Shown here in pieces: positions 18,425-28,318 of a stretch of DNA of 64,000 nucleotides. Each line of letters opens with the position of its first letter. Positions within the stretch are counted from its first letter, which is position 1. The translations under genes were made by a program, and so were the position numbers. The DNA is from Nitrospirota bacterium (GTDB lineage Bacteria; Nitrospirota; Thermodesulfovibrionia; UBA6902), in the NCBI GenBank assembly GCA_016214845.1, contig JACRMS010000016.1:20488-84487 (forward strand). Direction: 5' to 3'. The notes under the pieces are model-generated. The model saw nothing but the letters and a program-made list of their open reading frames with translations, did no database searches and was not told where the DNA came from.

Positions 18425-20821
18425 ATGAGCAACGGGATAAAAATACCCAATCTCTGCTATGACAGGAGGGTCGCGCCTCACGGCGGCTGCAGGTTATGCA
18501 TCGTGGAGATCGAGGGACAGAAAAAACTGGAGGCGTCCTGCGCGACATTAGCGACCGAAGGGCTTGTCGTGTGGACAGATACCCCGAAGGTGAAAAAGGT
18601 GCGTCAGACCGTTCTTGAGCTTATGTTGGTGCACCATCCGCTTGACTGTCCGGTATGCGACAAGGCAGGCGAGTGCGATCTGCAGGAGCTGGTCTTTCAA
18701 TACGGCAAACCCGCGGGACGTTTTGTAAGGGACAGGAAACACGCGCTGCCTGATACAAAGGGGCCTTTTGTAGAATTGACCGCCAACAGGTGCGTGCTCT
18801 GCGGCAAGTGCGTGAGGCTCTGCGCGGAACATCAGGGGCGCGGGGCTTTGGGTTTTATCGGCAGAGGTTTTCCAACCGTTGTTCAGCCCGCATACGGCGA
18901 GGCGCTTGAATGTGATTACTGCGGGCAATGCATTGATGTATGCCCGACAGGCGCGCTTCTGAACAAGACCTCCAAATTCAAGGCGCGGCAGTGGGCACTC
19001 GAAGAGAAGGACACGATATGTCCCTTCTGCGGATGCGGCTGCACCCTCACGCTCGGAATCTGGGAAGGAAAGATCCTGAGGGCAAGAGGGCTGCAGGACA
19101 AGGGTATAAACGAAGGCGATCTCTGCGGCAGGGGGAGGTTCGGCTTTGATTATATCTACAGCGAACACCGTCTCAACTCCCCGATGATAAGGAAAGATGG
19201 AGAGCTTGTGCCTGCCTCATGGGATGAGGCGCTTAATTATATACGCGGCAAGTTGAAAAATATAATCACCGCGCACGGCCCTTCCTCCATCGGGGCGACA
19301 GGCTCGCCGCGCTGCACGAATGAAGACAATTACGTCTTACAGAAATTTATGAGGAACACCATCGGCTCGGACAATATCGATTCCTCCGCGGCCTTCGGCT
19401 ACGGCCTCGCTGAGAAGGCATGGAAAATGTCATTCGGTCAAAGCAGCCACAGGATAAACCAGAAATCCCCGCTTAGCAAAGAAGTGGTACTCATTCTTGA
19501 GTCGGATATTTCCGTGACCCATCCGGTATCCGGCCTCAACATCCTTCAGGCAAAAAGACAGGGTGCGCAGCTCATCGTTGCCGACGGCAGGGAGACAAAA
19601 TTAACAAGGCACAGCACACAGTGGCTGAAGATGAAAAGCGGGACCGGCGTTGCCCTGTTAAACGGTATTATGAAAGTGATAATCGACAGGGGGCTTATTG
19701 ACACTGCCGTTGCGGAAAAAGTCCCTGAGTTCAATTCTCTCAAGGCGATGCTTGAAAATTACACAACAGGGAAGGTTTCCGAGATCACAGGTGTCAGCGA
19801 AGATGAAATTATCAGCGCTGCTGAGACTATCGCGAAGGCAAAGAGCAGGATGATCTCCCTTTCCGTCAGCGCATCCGAAAATACAAAAGGACTGGACACG
19901 GCCCTGGCCGCAGCAAATTTGATCAATCTTTTAGGCGAAGGCCCTGATGCTCTACAAATTCCCGCTGAATACTCAAACACCTTCGGCCTTTATCAGATGG
20001 GCGTCAGGCCTGACAGCGCGCTTCATGGTCAGGGGATCTTCGAAATGTTTTACAGTGAGAACAGCGGCATAAAAGCCATGTATCTCATGGGAGAAAACCC
20101 GGCGGTCAATTTTCCTGACAGCGGGAGTGTCATCGAAAAACTGAAGTCACTTGACCTCCTGATCGTGCAGGACATTTTTCTTACGGAAACCGCAAAGCTC
20201 GCGCACGTGGTCCTGCCTGCCTCAAGCTGGGCAGAAAAAGACGGCACATACATGAATGCCGAAGGAGTCATGCAGAAGGTCCACAAACTCGTGGGGCCTT
20301 CAGGCGATTCGCTCCCTGACTGGATGGTCCTCAGAAATCTCGCGCTTGTAATGGGAAAAGACCTGGGGATAACAAATCTTCAATCCGTGCAGGAAGAGAT
20401 AAAGTCGCTCTTATTGAAAAGACCGGCGCAGGATGAAATCCACAGGACCTTTAACCCGGTTGAATATGTCTCCTGCGAAGGGCCTGCTGCGGACTATCCG
20501 TTCAAACTCGTAGTCAGGGATGTGCTTCAGCATTCAGGCAGTATGTCAACGAAATCGAAATCACTTGGCCTTGTCGCTTCCGGGGCGCGGCTTGAAATAA
20601 ACTTTAAGGACGCGGAACGGTTTGGCATTTCAGACAACGCTCATGTCAAAGTAACTTCGCCAAGAGGCTCGGCGTATCTTAAGGCCGCTGTCTCGGATGA
20701 GGTCCCGGACGGTTTTGTCTATGTGCCGGCGCATTTCCCTCACAGCGGGGTAAGCGCGCTTACTCACCTTGCGGGTAACGGAGGAATTTCAATGGATGCA
20801 GTGAGGGTTGAAACAGCATGA
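18425..20821 (+). CDS. molybdopterin-oxidoreductase-family subunit (FdhA/NuoG-like: 2Fe-2S, 4Fe-4S domains, MopB, C-terminal molybdopterin-binding fold); lacks a Cys/Sec metal ligand; N-terminus truncated
   Basis: NLCYDRRVAPHGGCRLC...; HPLDCPVCDKAGECDLQ; CVLCGKCVRLC; CDYCGQCIDVCP; CPFCGCGCTL. The active-site region reads NIDSSAAFGYG instead of NVDNCARV(U/C)H. The upstream in-frame sequence KKVSTEKGSTILQAA lacks a start codon (stop at 18377). Confidence 0.7.
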   Translation: MSNGIKIPNLCYDRRVAPHGGCRLCIVEIEGQKKLEASCATLATEGLVVWTDTPKVKKVRQTVLELMLVHHPLDCPVCDKAGECDLQELVFQYGKPAGRFVRDRKHALPDTKGPFVELTANRCVLCGKCVRLCAEHQGRGALGFIGRGFPTVVQPAYGEALECDYCGQCIDVCPTGALLNKTSKFKARQWALEEKDTICPFCGCGCTLTLGIWEGKILRARGLQDKGINEGDLCGRGRFGFDYIYSEHRLNSPMIRKDGELVPASWDEALNYIRGKLKNIITAHGPSSIGATGSPRCTNEDNYVLQKFMRNTIGSDNIDSSAAFGYGLAEKAWKMSFGQSSHRINQKSPLSKEVVLILESDISVTHPVSGLNILQAKRQGAQLIVADGRETKLTRHSTQWLKMKSGTGVALLNGIMKVIIDRGLIDTAVAEKVPEFNSLKAMLENYTTGKVSEITGVSEDEIISAAETIAKAKSRMISLSVSASENTKGLDTALAAANLINLLGEGPDALQIPAEYSNTFGLYQMGVRPDSALHGQGIFEMFYSENSGIKAMYLMGENPAVNFPDSGSVIEKLKSLDLLIVQDIFLTETAKLAHVVLPASSWAEKDGTYMNAEGVMQKVHKLVGPSGDSLPDWMVLRNLALVMGKDLGITNLQSVQEEIKSLLLKRPAQDEIHRTFNPVEYVSCEGPAADYPFKLVVRDVLQHSGSMSTKSKSLGLVASGARLEINFKDAERFGISDNAHVKVTSPRGSAYLKAAVSDEVPDGFVYVPAHFPHSGVSALTHLAGNGGISMDAVRVETA

Positions 20822-20845
20822 TGGTTTGAGGTCCTTGGCCTGAGA

Positions 20846-21577
20846 CTAAGTTGTTTCTGCCTTGTCCTTTGATAATTTTTGCGACAACTCCCTGCCCAGC
20901 GGAGAGCGCTTGTAGAATGTCTTGACCGTCAGGATAAGCAGGACCAAAAGACATGAAGCAATGGAGACCCTTAAAGCGAAGCCCCCGCGTACGCTGCTTC
21001 CAAAGAGTGTGAAGATCGCGGCCGCAGGCAGGAGGCCGATGATCGATCCTAAAATAAAGACTGATGTCCTTACTGAGGTCAGCCCTATCAGGATGCTGAC
21101 AAACATGCATGTCAGAGGGAGCTGCCTCATCATTATGATCACCAGTAACCCGTGGCTCTGAAGATGGCCTTCAACAGCCTTAAGACGGCTGCCGATCTTC
21201 TGATGAAAAAGCGGGCGTCCTAAAAAACGTGTAAGCCAGAAAAGCACGCCGGAACCGGTGACGGCAGCCGCGGTGGACAATAATGTCCCGCTGAAGAAAC
21301 CGAAGACCATACCAGCCAGAATGTGGATGATTGAGCGCGGAGCGCCCATGGCAATAAGTATTGCGCCGCCTGCAAAGAATATGACAGGCGCCATTGAATG
21401 ATATCCTGCCAGCTTTTCCTGCAGCAGGTGCACGTGCGCAGGGTCAAGATAGTAACCCAATGGGGAATAGCGGACCAGCGCCAGAGAGCCTGTGAGCAGA
21501 AAAGTCAGCAGTATTGTTTTTATGATGTTCAGGCTGTTCTTTCCGTTTTCCGGTCCGACAAGACCGATGTCCTTCAT
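20846..21577 (-). CDS. DedA/TVP38 family membrane protein
   Basis: Polytopic membrane protein with a DedA-type core (GRPLFHQKIGSRLKAVEGHLQSHGLLVIIMMRQLPL). Confidence 0.65.
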   Translation of the reverse strand: MKDIGLVGPENGKNSLNIIKTILLTFLLTGSLALVRYSPLGYYLDPAHVHLLQEKLAGYHSMAPVIFFAGGAILIAMGAPRSIIHILAGMVFGFFSGTLLSTAAAVTGSGVLFWLTRFLGRPLFHQKIGSRLKAVEGHLQSHGLLVIIMMRQLPLTCMFVSILIGLTSVRTSVFILGSIIGLLPAAAIFTLFGSSVRGGFALRVSIASCLLVLLILTVKTFYKRSPLGRELSQKLSKDKAETT

Positions 21578-22314
21578 GAAAAGTTCTCTCCGTTATCGGT
21601 ATCAACTCTATGCCCCGGCACACACCGCCTTCGCCACCACCTCATCGCAAAGCAGTCAACTATTCCCCTGAACATGCGGTTGCCTATCCCGTATTTGGTC
21701 TGTCCGCGCGTCCTCGGCCGGTGATTGACCGGGACCTCTTTCACGGAGTATCCCTGGAGACGAAGCAGCGTCGGGAGGAAGCGGTGCATCCCGTTAAAGA
21801 TAGGGACCTCCCTTAGAGCGGACCTCCTTAACGCCCTGAATGTGCATCCCGCGTCAGTGATTTTGTCTTTTGTGACCCAGTTGCGAAACCCGTTGGCGAT
21901 ACGGGATGAGACCTTCCTGACCCAATTGTCTTCGCGTTTTTTCCGCACACCGCAGACCGCGTCAAAATTGCCCATGACTTCAAGCAGAAGGGGAATATCG
22001 GCGGGATCATTCTGCTGATCTCCGTCAAGTGTGATAAGAATGTTCCCTCTGGCGTGAGCAAAACCTGTTGCCACAGCCGCGCTCTGTCCGAAGTTGCTCC
22101 TGTGACGGACCACGCGGAGTTCCGCATATCGTTTCTTCATTTCCTCAAGCACTGAAAAGCTGTTGTCGGTACTGAAATCATCGACGTATATGACCTCAAA
22201 GGGCCTTCCTGTGTTCCTGAGAACGGGGAAAAGCTCCCCGATCAGAGGTCCGATGTTCTCTTCCTCGTTGTATACGGGAATGATGACTGTCAGTTCGATT
22301 TCAGGAGTCAACAT
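21574..22314 (-). CDS. GT2 polyprenyl-phosphate glycosyltransferase (ArnC/GtrB/DPM1-like)
   Basis: VIIPVYNEEENI...VIYVDDFSTDNS...GDQQNDPADIP. Overlaps the downstream DedA gene by 4 nt. Confidence 0.8.
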   Translation of the reverse strand: MLTPEIELTVIIPVYNEEENIGPLIGELFPVLRNTGRPFEVIYVDDFSTDNSFSVLEEMKKRYAELRVVRHRSNFGQSAAVATGFAHARGNILITLDGDQQNDPADIPLLLEVMGNFDAVCGVRKKREDNWVRKVSSRIANGFRNWVTKDKITDAGCTFRALRRSALREVPIFNGMHRFLPTLLRLQGYSVKEVPVNHRPRTRGQTKYGIGNRMFRGIVDCFAMRWWRRRCVPGHRVDTDNGENFS

Positions 22315-22436
22315 ATCAGAATTTTTCCATCTCGCTTTCAGATAATCCGGCGGTTATCATTGATGATTATACCTCGCGGGTTATTATAGAACAATCATAA
22401 GCATGACGGCAAAAGAATGACAATGAAACGCGTGAT

Positions 22437-24152
22437 ATGTCTTTTTTTTCATTCTATGTTGTATCATTTCAAAACATGTCCACAAGTTCATTTTCAGAGA
22501 CAAAATACACACTCCGGGATTGCTTATTGCTCCTTATCTTCGGCGCGATCATCTACATCCCGTTCCTTGGAATTCCGGTTTGGGACGGCAATGAACCTGT
22601 AAGGGTAATCGTTGCCAAAGAGATGCTCAGGACCGGCAACTGGATAATGCCCATGCTGCACGGAAACCCATACTTCGCAAAGCCTCCCCTGATGAACTGG
22701 CTCATGGCCGCAAGCGGCGGTTTGTTCGGCGTGGTGAATGAGTGGACCAGCCGCCTGCCCTCCGTGCTGTTGATGCTGATGACCGGGATGTCTGTTTATT
22801 TTCTATCTAAGAAATGGCTGGCAAGAGAGGGCAGGCTCTTCGCCGCCCTTATGATGCTTTGCATGTACGGGCCGGTCAGGGCAGGCAGGGAGGCGGAGAT
22901 AGACAGCCTTCAGACCTTTGTCATCTCATTCATCCTCCTTCTCTGGATAAACGGATATTTAAAGCAATGGAAACCGGCTGTGCTGTGGGGCCTTACTCTG
23001 TCCCTTGCCGGGATCGGATTTCTTTCAAAGGGCCCCCAGATGCTAATGTTTTTTTACATGTCCATAATACCGTACCTGCTTTTAAGGAAAAGAATCTCAT
23101 TTTTCTTTTCAAAGGCGCATGTATTCGGGTTAGGCCTTTTGCTTCTCGTCCTCGCTGTTTATTTAATGCTGCTACTTCAGTGGACAACGCTTGAACGCTA
23201 CATACACATGTGGCTCGGCGAGGGAATGCAGCGCACTGAAAGCAGACACATTTCAGCATACCTGCTGCAAGTGCTCGAATATCCGTTTGAGCTGCTGCCG
23301 TCTTTTCTGCCGTGTTTATTGTTCCTTATTCCCCTTGCAATTTATAAAGACCTGCGGCAGGAAGCAGGGAAATTATTCGACAATGAATTTTTTACGTTTT
23401 CTTTTGTCGTGATCGCCGTCAATCTGCCTTTTTACTGGCTGCTTCCAAACACGCGGTACAGATATTTTCTCCCCGCATATCCTTTTGCCGCCCTCGCGGT
23501 AGGGTTTGTTTTTGAATTGTATCTCAGAAAGATGCAGGCCTTTCCGGCAATCAAAGTATTCTTTGTGAAGTTTTTAAAGGTCCTTGCGATACTGACGCTC
23601 TCCCTGGCAGTTGCAGTCATCCCCGCGGTCATCGCCCTGCATTTGAAATTTTCTTTCTTGATATTATTTTTCATTGCATGTCTTATGATCTCAGGCATGG
23701 TTGTTTTATATAAAGCCGGTTCCGCGCGATTGCCGCACGTCCCCGTATATGTGACGGCCATAACAGCGCTCTTTTTTCTGGTCTACACTGACATCACTGT
23801 CGGGCTTGATAAAAAACGGGGAAGCAATCCCAGGGAGATCGCCAGTGAGATAGACCTTTTATTGCCCCAGGATGCTGGCGTGGTATACGAGATGGGGTAC
23901 AGGAGGTATCTGACAATAACCTGCTATTTAAACAGGGAAGTACGCCAGGTGAATTCGTTTGCGGATTTGAAAGAACTGAAAAAGGAAAAAGGCGGGATTT
24001 ATTTTATCTATGACGCCGAGCTCCTGGATGTTATCACCGGGGAAGATAAAAATATCTTCCTGAAGGAGATCCATTCAGAAGAAATATATTCAAGGAAATA
24101 CAAAAGCCGCCGCCGGGGAGACAGGGCAATCGCGGTCGGGAAAATATCCTGA
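22437..24152 (+). CDS. ArnT/PMT-type (GT39/GT83) polyprenyl-phosphate-sugar-dependent glycosyltransferase, 12+ TM helices
   Basis: PFLGIPVWDGNEPVRVIVAKEMLRTGNWIMPMLHGNPYFAKPPLMNWLMA is the ArnT/PMT N-terminal signature. Start codon uncertain (22437 or 22476). Confidence 0.65.
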   Translation: MSFFSFYVVSFQNMSTSSFSETKYTLRDCLLLLIFGAIIYIPFLGIPVWDGNEPVRVIVAKEMLRTGNWIMPMLHGNPYFAKPPLMNWLMAASGGLFGVVNEWTSRLPSVLLMLMTGMSVYFLSKKWLAREGRLFAALMMLCMYGPVRAGREAEIDSLQTFVISFILLLWINGYLKQWKPAVLWGLTLSLAGIGFLSKGPQMLMFFYMSIIPYLLLRKRISFFFSKAHVFGLGLLLLVLAVYLMLLLQWTTLERYIHMWLGEGMQRTESRHISAYLLQVLEYPFELLPSFLPCLLFLIPLAIYKDLRQEAGKLFDNEFFTFSFVVIAVNLPFYWLLPNTRYRYFLPAYPFAALAVGFVFELYLRKMQAFPAIKVFFVKFLKVLAILTLSLAVAVIPAVIALHLKFSFLILFFIACLMISGMVVLYKAGSARLPHVPVYVTAITALFFLVYTDITVGLDKKRGSNPREIASEIDLLLPQDAGVVYEMGYRRYLTITCYLNREVRQVNSFADLKELKKEKGGIYFIYDAELLDVITGEDKNIFLKEIHSEEIYSRKYKSRRRGDRAIAVGKIS

Positions 24153-24218
24153 TTAGCAACAGGGACCATCATCCTGTAGAATTAAAATATCTATGAAACC
24201 CGGCAACAGAGAGGGACA

Positions 24219-26774
24219 TTGGAAAATAACCTTGACATCAATACCGTCTCAGGGCTTTCTGAAGCAGAAGCGGCCCAAAGGCTGAAACAGGAAGGGTATA
24301 ATGAACTCCCTTCAGCCAGGGAGCGCAGCATCTTCGCCATTGCGTTTGAAGTGGTCCGCGAACCGATGTTCCTGCTTCTGATCGCAGGCGGGGCGATCTA
24401 TCTGTTGTTAGGCGATATAAGGGAGGCCGTGATGCTGCTGAGCTTCGTCTTTATAGTCATGGGCATCACGCTTTACCAGGAGCGCAAGACCGAGCGTGCT
24501 TTGGAAGCGCTCAAGGACCTGTCCAGCCCCCGCGCCCTGGTAATAAGGGACAGAGTGCAAAAAAGAATACCGGGACGTGAGGTAGTAAGGGGCGACATCC
24601 TGGTCCTCGCCGAAGGCGACCGCGTACCTGCTGACGCTGTGCTCATTTCATGCACAAATCTCTCGGTTGATGAATCTTTACTGACTGGTGAATCCGTGCC
24701 TGTCAGTAAAACCTCTTGTGACGGCATGAAAGAAATGGCGCGCCCCGGAGGCGACGACCTGCCTTTTGTCTTTTCCGGGACACTTGTGGTACAGGGTTTC
24801 GCTATCGCGCAGGTAAAGGCCATCGGCATCAACACCGAGCTTGGCAGAATCGGAAAGGCGCTGCAGTCAATTGAACCGGAAGAAACGCTTTTGCAAAAAG
24901 AGACCGGGCAGCTCGTGCGCAATCTCGCAATATTCGGACTGTCCCTTTGCAGTATTGTGGTTGTCGTGTATGGCCTGACGAGGGCCAACTGGCTGAACGG
25001 ATTCCTTGCCGGGATAACCCTTGCGATGGCAATGCTGCCTGAGGAGTTTCCTGTAGTGCTCACCGTATTCCTCGCGTTGGGGGCATGGCGAATTTCCCGG
25101 AAAAGGGTCCTCACGCGCAGGGTGCCTGCCGTGGAGACACTCGGCTCAGCGTCTGTGTTGTGCGTGGACAAGACCGGCACACTTACTCTAAATAAAATGA
25201 CCGTGCAGAAGGTCTTTGCAGACGGAAAGTTCTGCGATATAAGTCATGCGCACAATGACCTTCCTGAAGAATTCCACGAGGCCGTGGAGTTCAGCATACT
25301 TGCGAGCCAGCTTAAGCCATTTGATCCAATGGAAACAGCGTTAAGGGAACTCGGCACGAGCGCCCTTTCTGATACGGAACACCTTCATGATAACTGGACC
25401 CTGGTGCAGGAATATCCCCTGTCCCAGAAACTTCTTGCCATGTCGCGGGTCTGGAAGTCGCCTGACAATATGAATTATGTCATCGCTGCCAAAGGCGCGC
25501 CCGAGGCCATCGCGGATATATGCCACATGAATACTGAGCAGATCCAAAGCCTGTCGGAAAAAATCAACTCGATGGCTAAAGAAGGCCTGAGGATAATAGG
25601 CGTGGCCAAATCGGATTTCAGACAAACATCACTACCCGGTGAACAGCATGATTTTAAGTTTGAGTTTCTCGGCCTGATAGGCCTGGCAGACCCTGTGCGC
25701 CCCGGAGTTGCGGATGCAATTAAAGAATGCTACAGCGCGGGCATAAGGGTTGTAATGATCACCGGAGACTATCCCGTCACCGCCCAGAACATTGCGAAAC
25801 AGATCGGGCTGAAACAAACAGACGGGACCATTACCGGCGCGGAACTTGACAGAATGGATGGACCAGCACTTCAGGAACGGATCAAAACAGCCAATATCTT
25901 CGCGCGTGTCGTGCCTGAGCAAAAGCTGCACATAGTGAACGCGCTTAAGGCAAACGGCGAAGTCGTTGCAATGACAGGCGACGGCGTCAATGACGCGGCA
26001 GCGCTTAAAGCGGCACACATCGGAATTGCCATGGGAGGGCGCGGCACGGACGTAGCGCGTGAGGCATCTTCTATTGTTTTGCTTGACGATGATTTCTCTT
26101 CCATCGTGCAGGCTGTGAGAATGGGACGGAGGATCTTCGACAACCTGAAAAAGGCCATGACCTATATCCTGGCAATCCATGTTCCAATCGCAGGCATGTC
26201 GCTGCTTCCGGTGCTTTTCAACTGGCCCCTTGTGCTTTTACCTTTTCATATAGTGTTCATTGAATTGATCATTGACCCAGCCTGCTCAATTGTCTTTGAA
26301 GCTGAACGTGAAGAATCCGGCATAATGGACAGACCTCCGCGCAACCTTCATGAGCCTTTGTTTAACAGGAGGAACATAGCCATCAGCCTGTTGCAGGGGC
26401 TGAGCGTACTGATCATTGTTTTGGCCGTCTTCCTTACAGCGATGCAAAGGGGACAGGGTGAAACAGACGCCAGGGCCTTGAGTTTTACCACGCTTATTAT
26501 CGCGAATATCGGTTTGATCCTGACGAACCGCTCGCGGTCACGCACTATTTGGAGCACCTTGCGTACCCCGAATACAGCCCTTTGGTGGGTACTGTCAGGG
26601 GCGCTTTTCTTTCTTGGAATGGTCCTTTATATTCCCTTTTTAAGAGAGATGTTTCACTTCAGCACACTGCACTATACCGATCTCATCGTCAGTGCAGCAG
26701 CCGGGGCCGTCAGCATATTCTGGTTTGAAGGTTTCAAGATAATTAACAGGCAGCGAAAAAAGTTTTTGTATTAA
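24219..26774 (+). CDS. P-type cation-transporting ATPase (P2-type, Ca2+/Mg2+-like)
   Basis: TGES; phosphorylation motif CVDKTGTLT; MITGD; GDGVNDAAALK; 10 TM helices. TTG start. Confidence 0.85.
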   Translation: MENNLDINTVSGLSEAEAAQRLKQEGYNELPSARERSIFAIAFEVVREPMFLLLIAGGAIYLLLGDIREAVMLLSFVFIVMGITLYQERKTERALEALKDLSSPRALVIRDRVQKRIPGREVVRGDILVLAEGDRVPADAVLISCTNLSVDESLLTGESVPVSKTSCDGMKEMARPGGDDLPFVFSGTLVVQGFAIAQVKAIGINTELGRIGKALQSIEPEETLLQKETGQLVRNLAIFGLSLCSIVVVVYGLTRANWLNGFLAGITLAMAMLPEEFPVVLTVFLALGAWRISRKRVLTRRVPAVETLGSASVLCVDKTGTLTLNKMTVQKVFADGKFCDISHAHNDLPEEFHEAVEFSILASQLKPFDPMETALRELGTSALSDTEHLHDNWTLVQEYPLSQKLLAMSRVWKSPDNMNYVIAAKGAPEAIADICHMNTEQIQSLSEKINSMAKEGLRIIGVAKSDFRQTSLPGEQHDFKFEFLGLIGLADPVRPGVADAIKECYSAGIRVVMITGDYPVTAQNIAKQIGLKQTDGTITGAELDRMDGPALQERIKTANIFARVVPEQKLHIVNALKANGEVVAMTGDGVNDAAALKAAHIGIAMGGRGTDVAREASSIVLLDDDFSSIVQAVRMGRRIFDNLKKAMTYILAIHVPIAGMSLLPVLFNWPLVLLPFHIVFIELIIDPACSIVFEAEREESGIMDRPPRNLHEPLFNRRNIAISLLQGLSVLIIVLAVFLTAMQRGQGETDARALSFTTLIIANIGLILTNRSRSRTIWSTLRTPNTALWWVLSGALFFLGMVLYIPFLREMFHFSTLHYTDLIVSAAAGAVSIFWFEGFKIINRQRKKFLY

Positions 26775-28147
26775 GAAGCAGACGGGGCTTCAAGGTTCCC
26801 AAGCGTCTCCGTTATAAGGCCTGAAAGGGCGGGGAATATGTGCATGCACCCTGTGATCGATTTTACATTGCCTTTGTTGATCATCGCATTGACTACTTCC
26901 TGGATGAGCATCGCCGCGTGAGGCCCGATGATATGAAAGCCAAGGAGCCTTCCGGTGTTCTTTTCAACTATTGCCTTTGCAAGACCTTCCTGCTCCATCA
27001 TGGCCTCCCCCATTACCGTGTCTGAATATTTCGCCCTGCCCACAAGGATCTCGTGGGCCTGCCGCGCACTCTCCTCTGTCAGGCCGACTGAGGCAATTTG
27101 AGGACAAGTGAACACAGCGTGGGGAACGGACTGAAAATCCATCCTTAGTTTTTTTCTCTTTGTGGCATTGTGCCATGCTATCTCTGCTTCCTTATCTCCT
27201 GCGTGGGTGAACATCGCCCTTCCAATGGCATCGCCCAGCGCCCATATGTGTTTCTTATTGGTCTGGAGATAATCGTCAACCTTTATGAAATTGGCTCTGT
27301 CCGCCTCAAGTCCCGCGTTTTCGATCTTCAAAAGGTCCGCGTTAGACTGTCTTCCGGTAGCGACCATAAGTGCTTCCGCTGAGATCTCCTTTGACTCACC
27401 CGTTCCGACATCCTTCACCCGCAAAGCGTAACCGCCGTCAGCCTGCCTCACTTCCTCCGTCTCCGCCGCGAGGATTTCAACACGCTTGCCCAATTCATTC
27501 TTTAAGAGCTCCGATATTTCCGGCTCCTCAAAAGGCAGGAGCCTTGCGTTTCTCATGACCACCGTGACCTTTGTGCCGATTGCCGAAAAGAAATGCGCGT
27601 ATTCAACCCCTATGTATCCGCCTCCGATGATGATCATGCTTTCAGGCTTCTCTTTAAGTCCAAGCACGCTCTCGTTGGTCAGATACGGGACATTGTCCAA
27701 TCCCTTCAGCGGCGGGACCACAGGGCGGGCGCCTGAGGCGATGAAGATCTTCTTCCCTCTTATTTTTTCATCACCGGCCTCAAGTGTATGGTCATCAATA
27801 AAGCTGCACTGCCTGTTATAGAAATCGATGTTGGCGGTATCTTCGAGTGCGGCTTTTATCCCGTCTATGCCTGTGGTAACGACGCCCCTCATCCGCTCCA
27901 TGACCGCACTGAAATTGACATTGGTTATTTCCGCCTGAATGCCGAGCCTTGCGGCCTCCCTGACCTCAAGGACCCTGTCGGCAGTGTGTATCAGCGTCTT
28001 TGACGGGACACATCCTGTATTCACGCAGGTCCCTCCCGGATTTCCCTTGTCTATGAGGGCCACTTTCAAATCATCCGATGCCGCGTTAAATGCAATTGCC
28101 AGCCCCGCATCTCCCGCTCCAACCACGACAACATCATATCTTTTCAT
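26771..28147 (-). CDS. class-I pyridine nucleotide-disulfide oxidoreductase (dihydrolipoamide dehydrogenase / glutathione reductase family)
   Basis: VVVVGAGDAGLA; redox-active disulfide GGTCVNTGCVPSK; second NAD Rossmann motif; dimerisation domain. Confidence 0.8.
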   Translation of the reverse strand: MKRYDVVVVGAGDAGLAIAFNAASDDLKVALIDKGNPGGTCVNTGCVPSKTLIHTADRVLEVREAARLGIQAEITNVNFSAVMERMRGVVTTGIDGIKAALEDTANIDFYNRQCSFIDDHTLEAGDEKIRGKKIFIASGARPVVPPLKGLDNVPYLTNESVLGLKEKPESMIIIGGGYIGVEYAHFFSAIGTKVTVVMRNARLLPFEEPEISELLKNELGKRVEILAAETEEVRQADGGYALRVKDVGTGESKEISAEALMVATGRQSNADLLKIENAGLEADRANFIKVDDYLQTNKKHIWALGDAIGRAMFTHAGDKEAEIAWHNATKRKKLRMDFQSVPHAVFTCPQIASVGLTEESARQAHEILVGRAKYSDTVMGEAMMEQEGLAKAIVEKNTGRLLGFHIIGPHAAMLIQEVVNAMINKGNVKSITGCMHIFPALSGLITETLGNLEAPSAS

Positions 28148-28318
28148 GATTCACCAACCTCGCACGATTTTCATTAAATGACAATAGAATTATATCACCA
28201 TTTCTGATGTTGGAAAGGTATTGACGTTACAGTTTCAACCTTCATTAGCCGAAAAATTGTATAACTGTTCAAGGTTATAATATGATATTAAATAAGTCCG
28301 GAAAGCTAAATAATCAGT

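Noticed and set aside
18548-19168. 206-aa minus-strand ORF
   Set aside because: Antisense to the Mo-subunit gene, with no motifs.
22814-23194. 126-aa plus-strand ORF in an alternate frame
   Set aside because: Overlaps the ArnT-like membrane protein gene in another frame and is Arg/Gly-rich. It is an out-of-frame artefact.
24473-26180. 235-aa and 182-aa minus-strand ORFs
   Set aside because: Both are antisense to the well-supported P-type ATPase gene. They are Ser/Arg-rich translations of GC-rich antisense sequence.
26771-26774. 4-nt overlap of convergent stop codons (P-type ATPase versus disulfide oxidoreductase)
   Set aside because: It is real in the sequence but carries no functional implication on its own. 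It is not reported as a feature or finding.
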